A DNA stretch of 63,541 bases, the filler included, from Octopus bimaculoides (Eukaryota), in the NCBI RefSeq assembly GCF_001194135.2. It is 6 parts of 6 records of this genome, joined end to end, with 100 filler letters (N's around TTAATTAATTAA, not from the genome) between each part and the next. Parts side by side here need not be neighbours in the genome. Positions count along the whole stretch, not along the records: positions 56,921 to 63,541 come from NC_068999.1; 5 more parts are not named here. The stretch is one strand, 5' to 3'. A program made the position numbers and the translations under genes. The notes beneath the pieces were generated by a model that was given only the letters and a program-made list of their open reading frames with translations, searched no databases and was not told the origin of the DNA. Positions 63,324 to 63,541 of this stretch are shown here, in pieces; within the stretch, counting starts at the first letter, position 1; the number at the start of each line of letters is the position of its first letter.

Positions 63324-63541
63324 ATATATCTAATTCTCTATATTGAATACGCAATATTTCATATATTCAATAAGACATTCAATACTTCATTTCATTGTAC
63401 CATCTATTTTTATATTTTATATTGTATATTATATATTCCATATTCTATATCCCACATTAATTTTACAAGAATATAAATAAAACATAAAAAACAGACAGAG
63501 TTGGAACTCTTTTAAATAAAATAATATATTACTCTATATGT

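Overview
Repeat-saturated, AT-rich animal genomic DNA from a gapped draft assembly, most likely an octopus (inferred from the SINE families, RTE tails and microsatellite load; not proven). Most of the window is microsatellite, tRNA-derived SINEs of three families, decayed LINEs (RTE, CR1-type, R4/Dong-type), Penelope-like fragments and DNA-transposon relics (mariner, hAT, piggyBac-like, Merlin-like, Helitron-like). The only host coding sequence I recognise is one clean exon of an axonemal dynein beta-type heavy chain (24948-25074, +), followed about 0.5 kb later by a decayed dynein-like segment. Several isolated candidate exons on both strands and a promoter-like island at about 27.6-27.9 kb suggest more gene structure that I cannot name. 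Nearly all ORFs in the supplied track are translated microsatellites, N-gaps or TE fragments. The best leads are an 824-bp Merlin-like foldback element with a head-to-head telomere-repeat core, a complete type I hammerhead fold with a variant core at 63276-63323, and the decayed dynein paralog. I found no evidence of a multi-gene novel system. TE boundaries are approximate unless a TSD is given, and all homology calls were made by eye.
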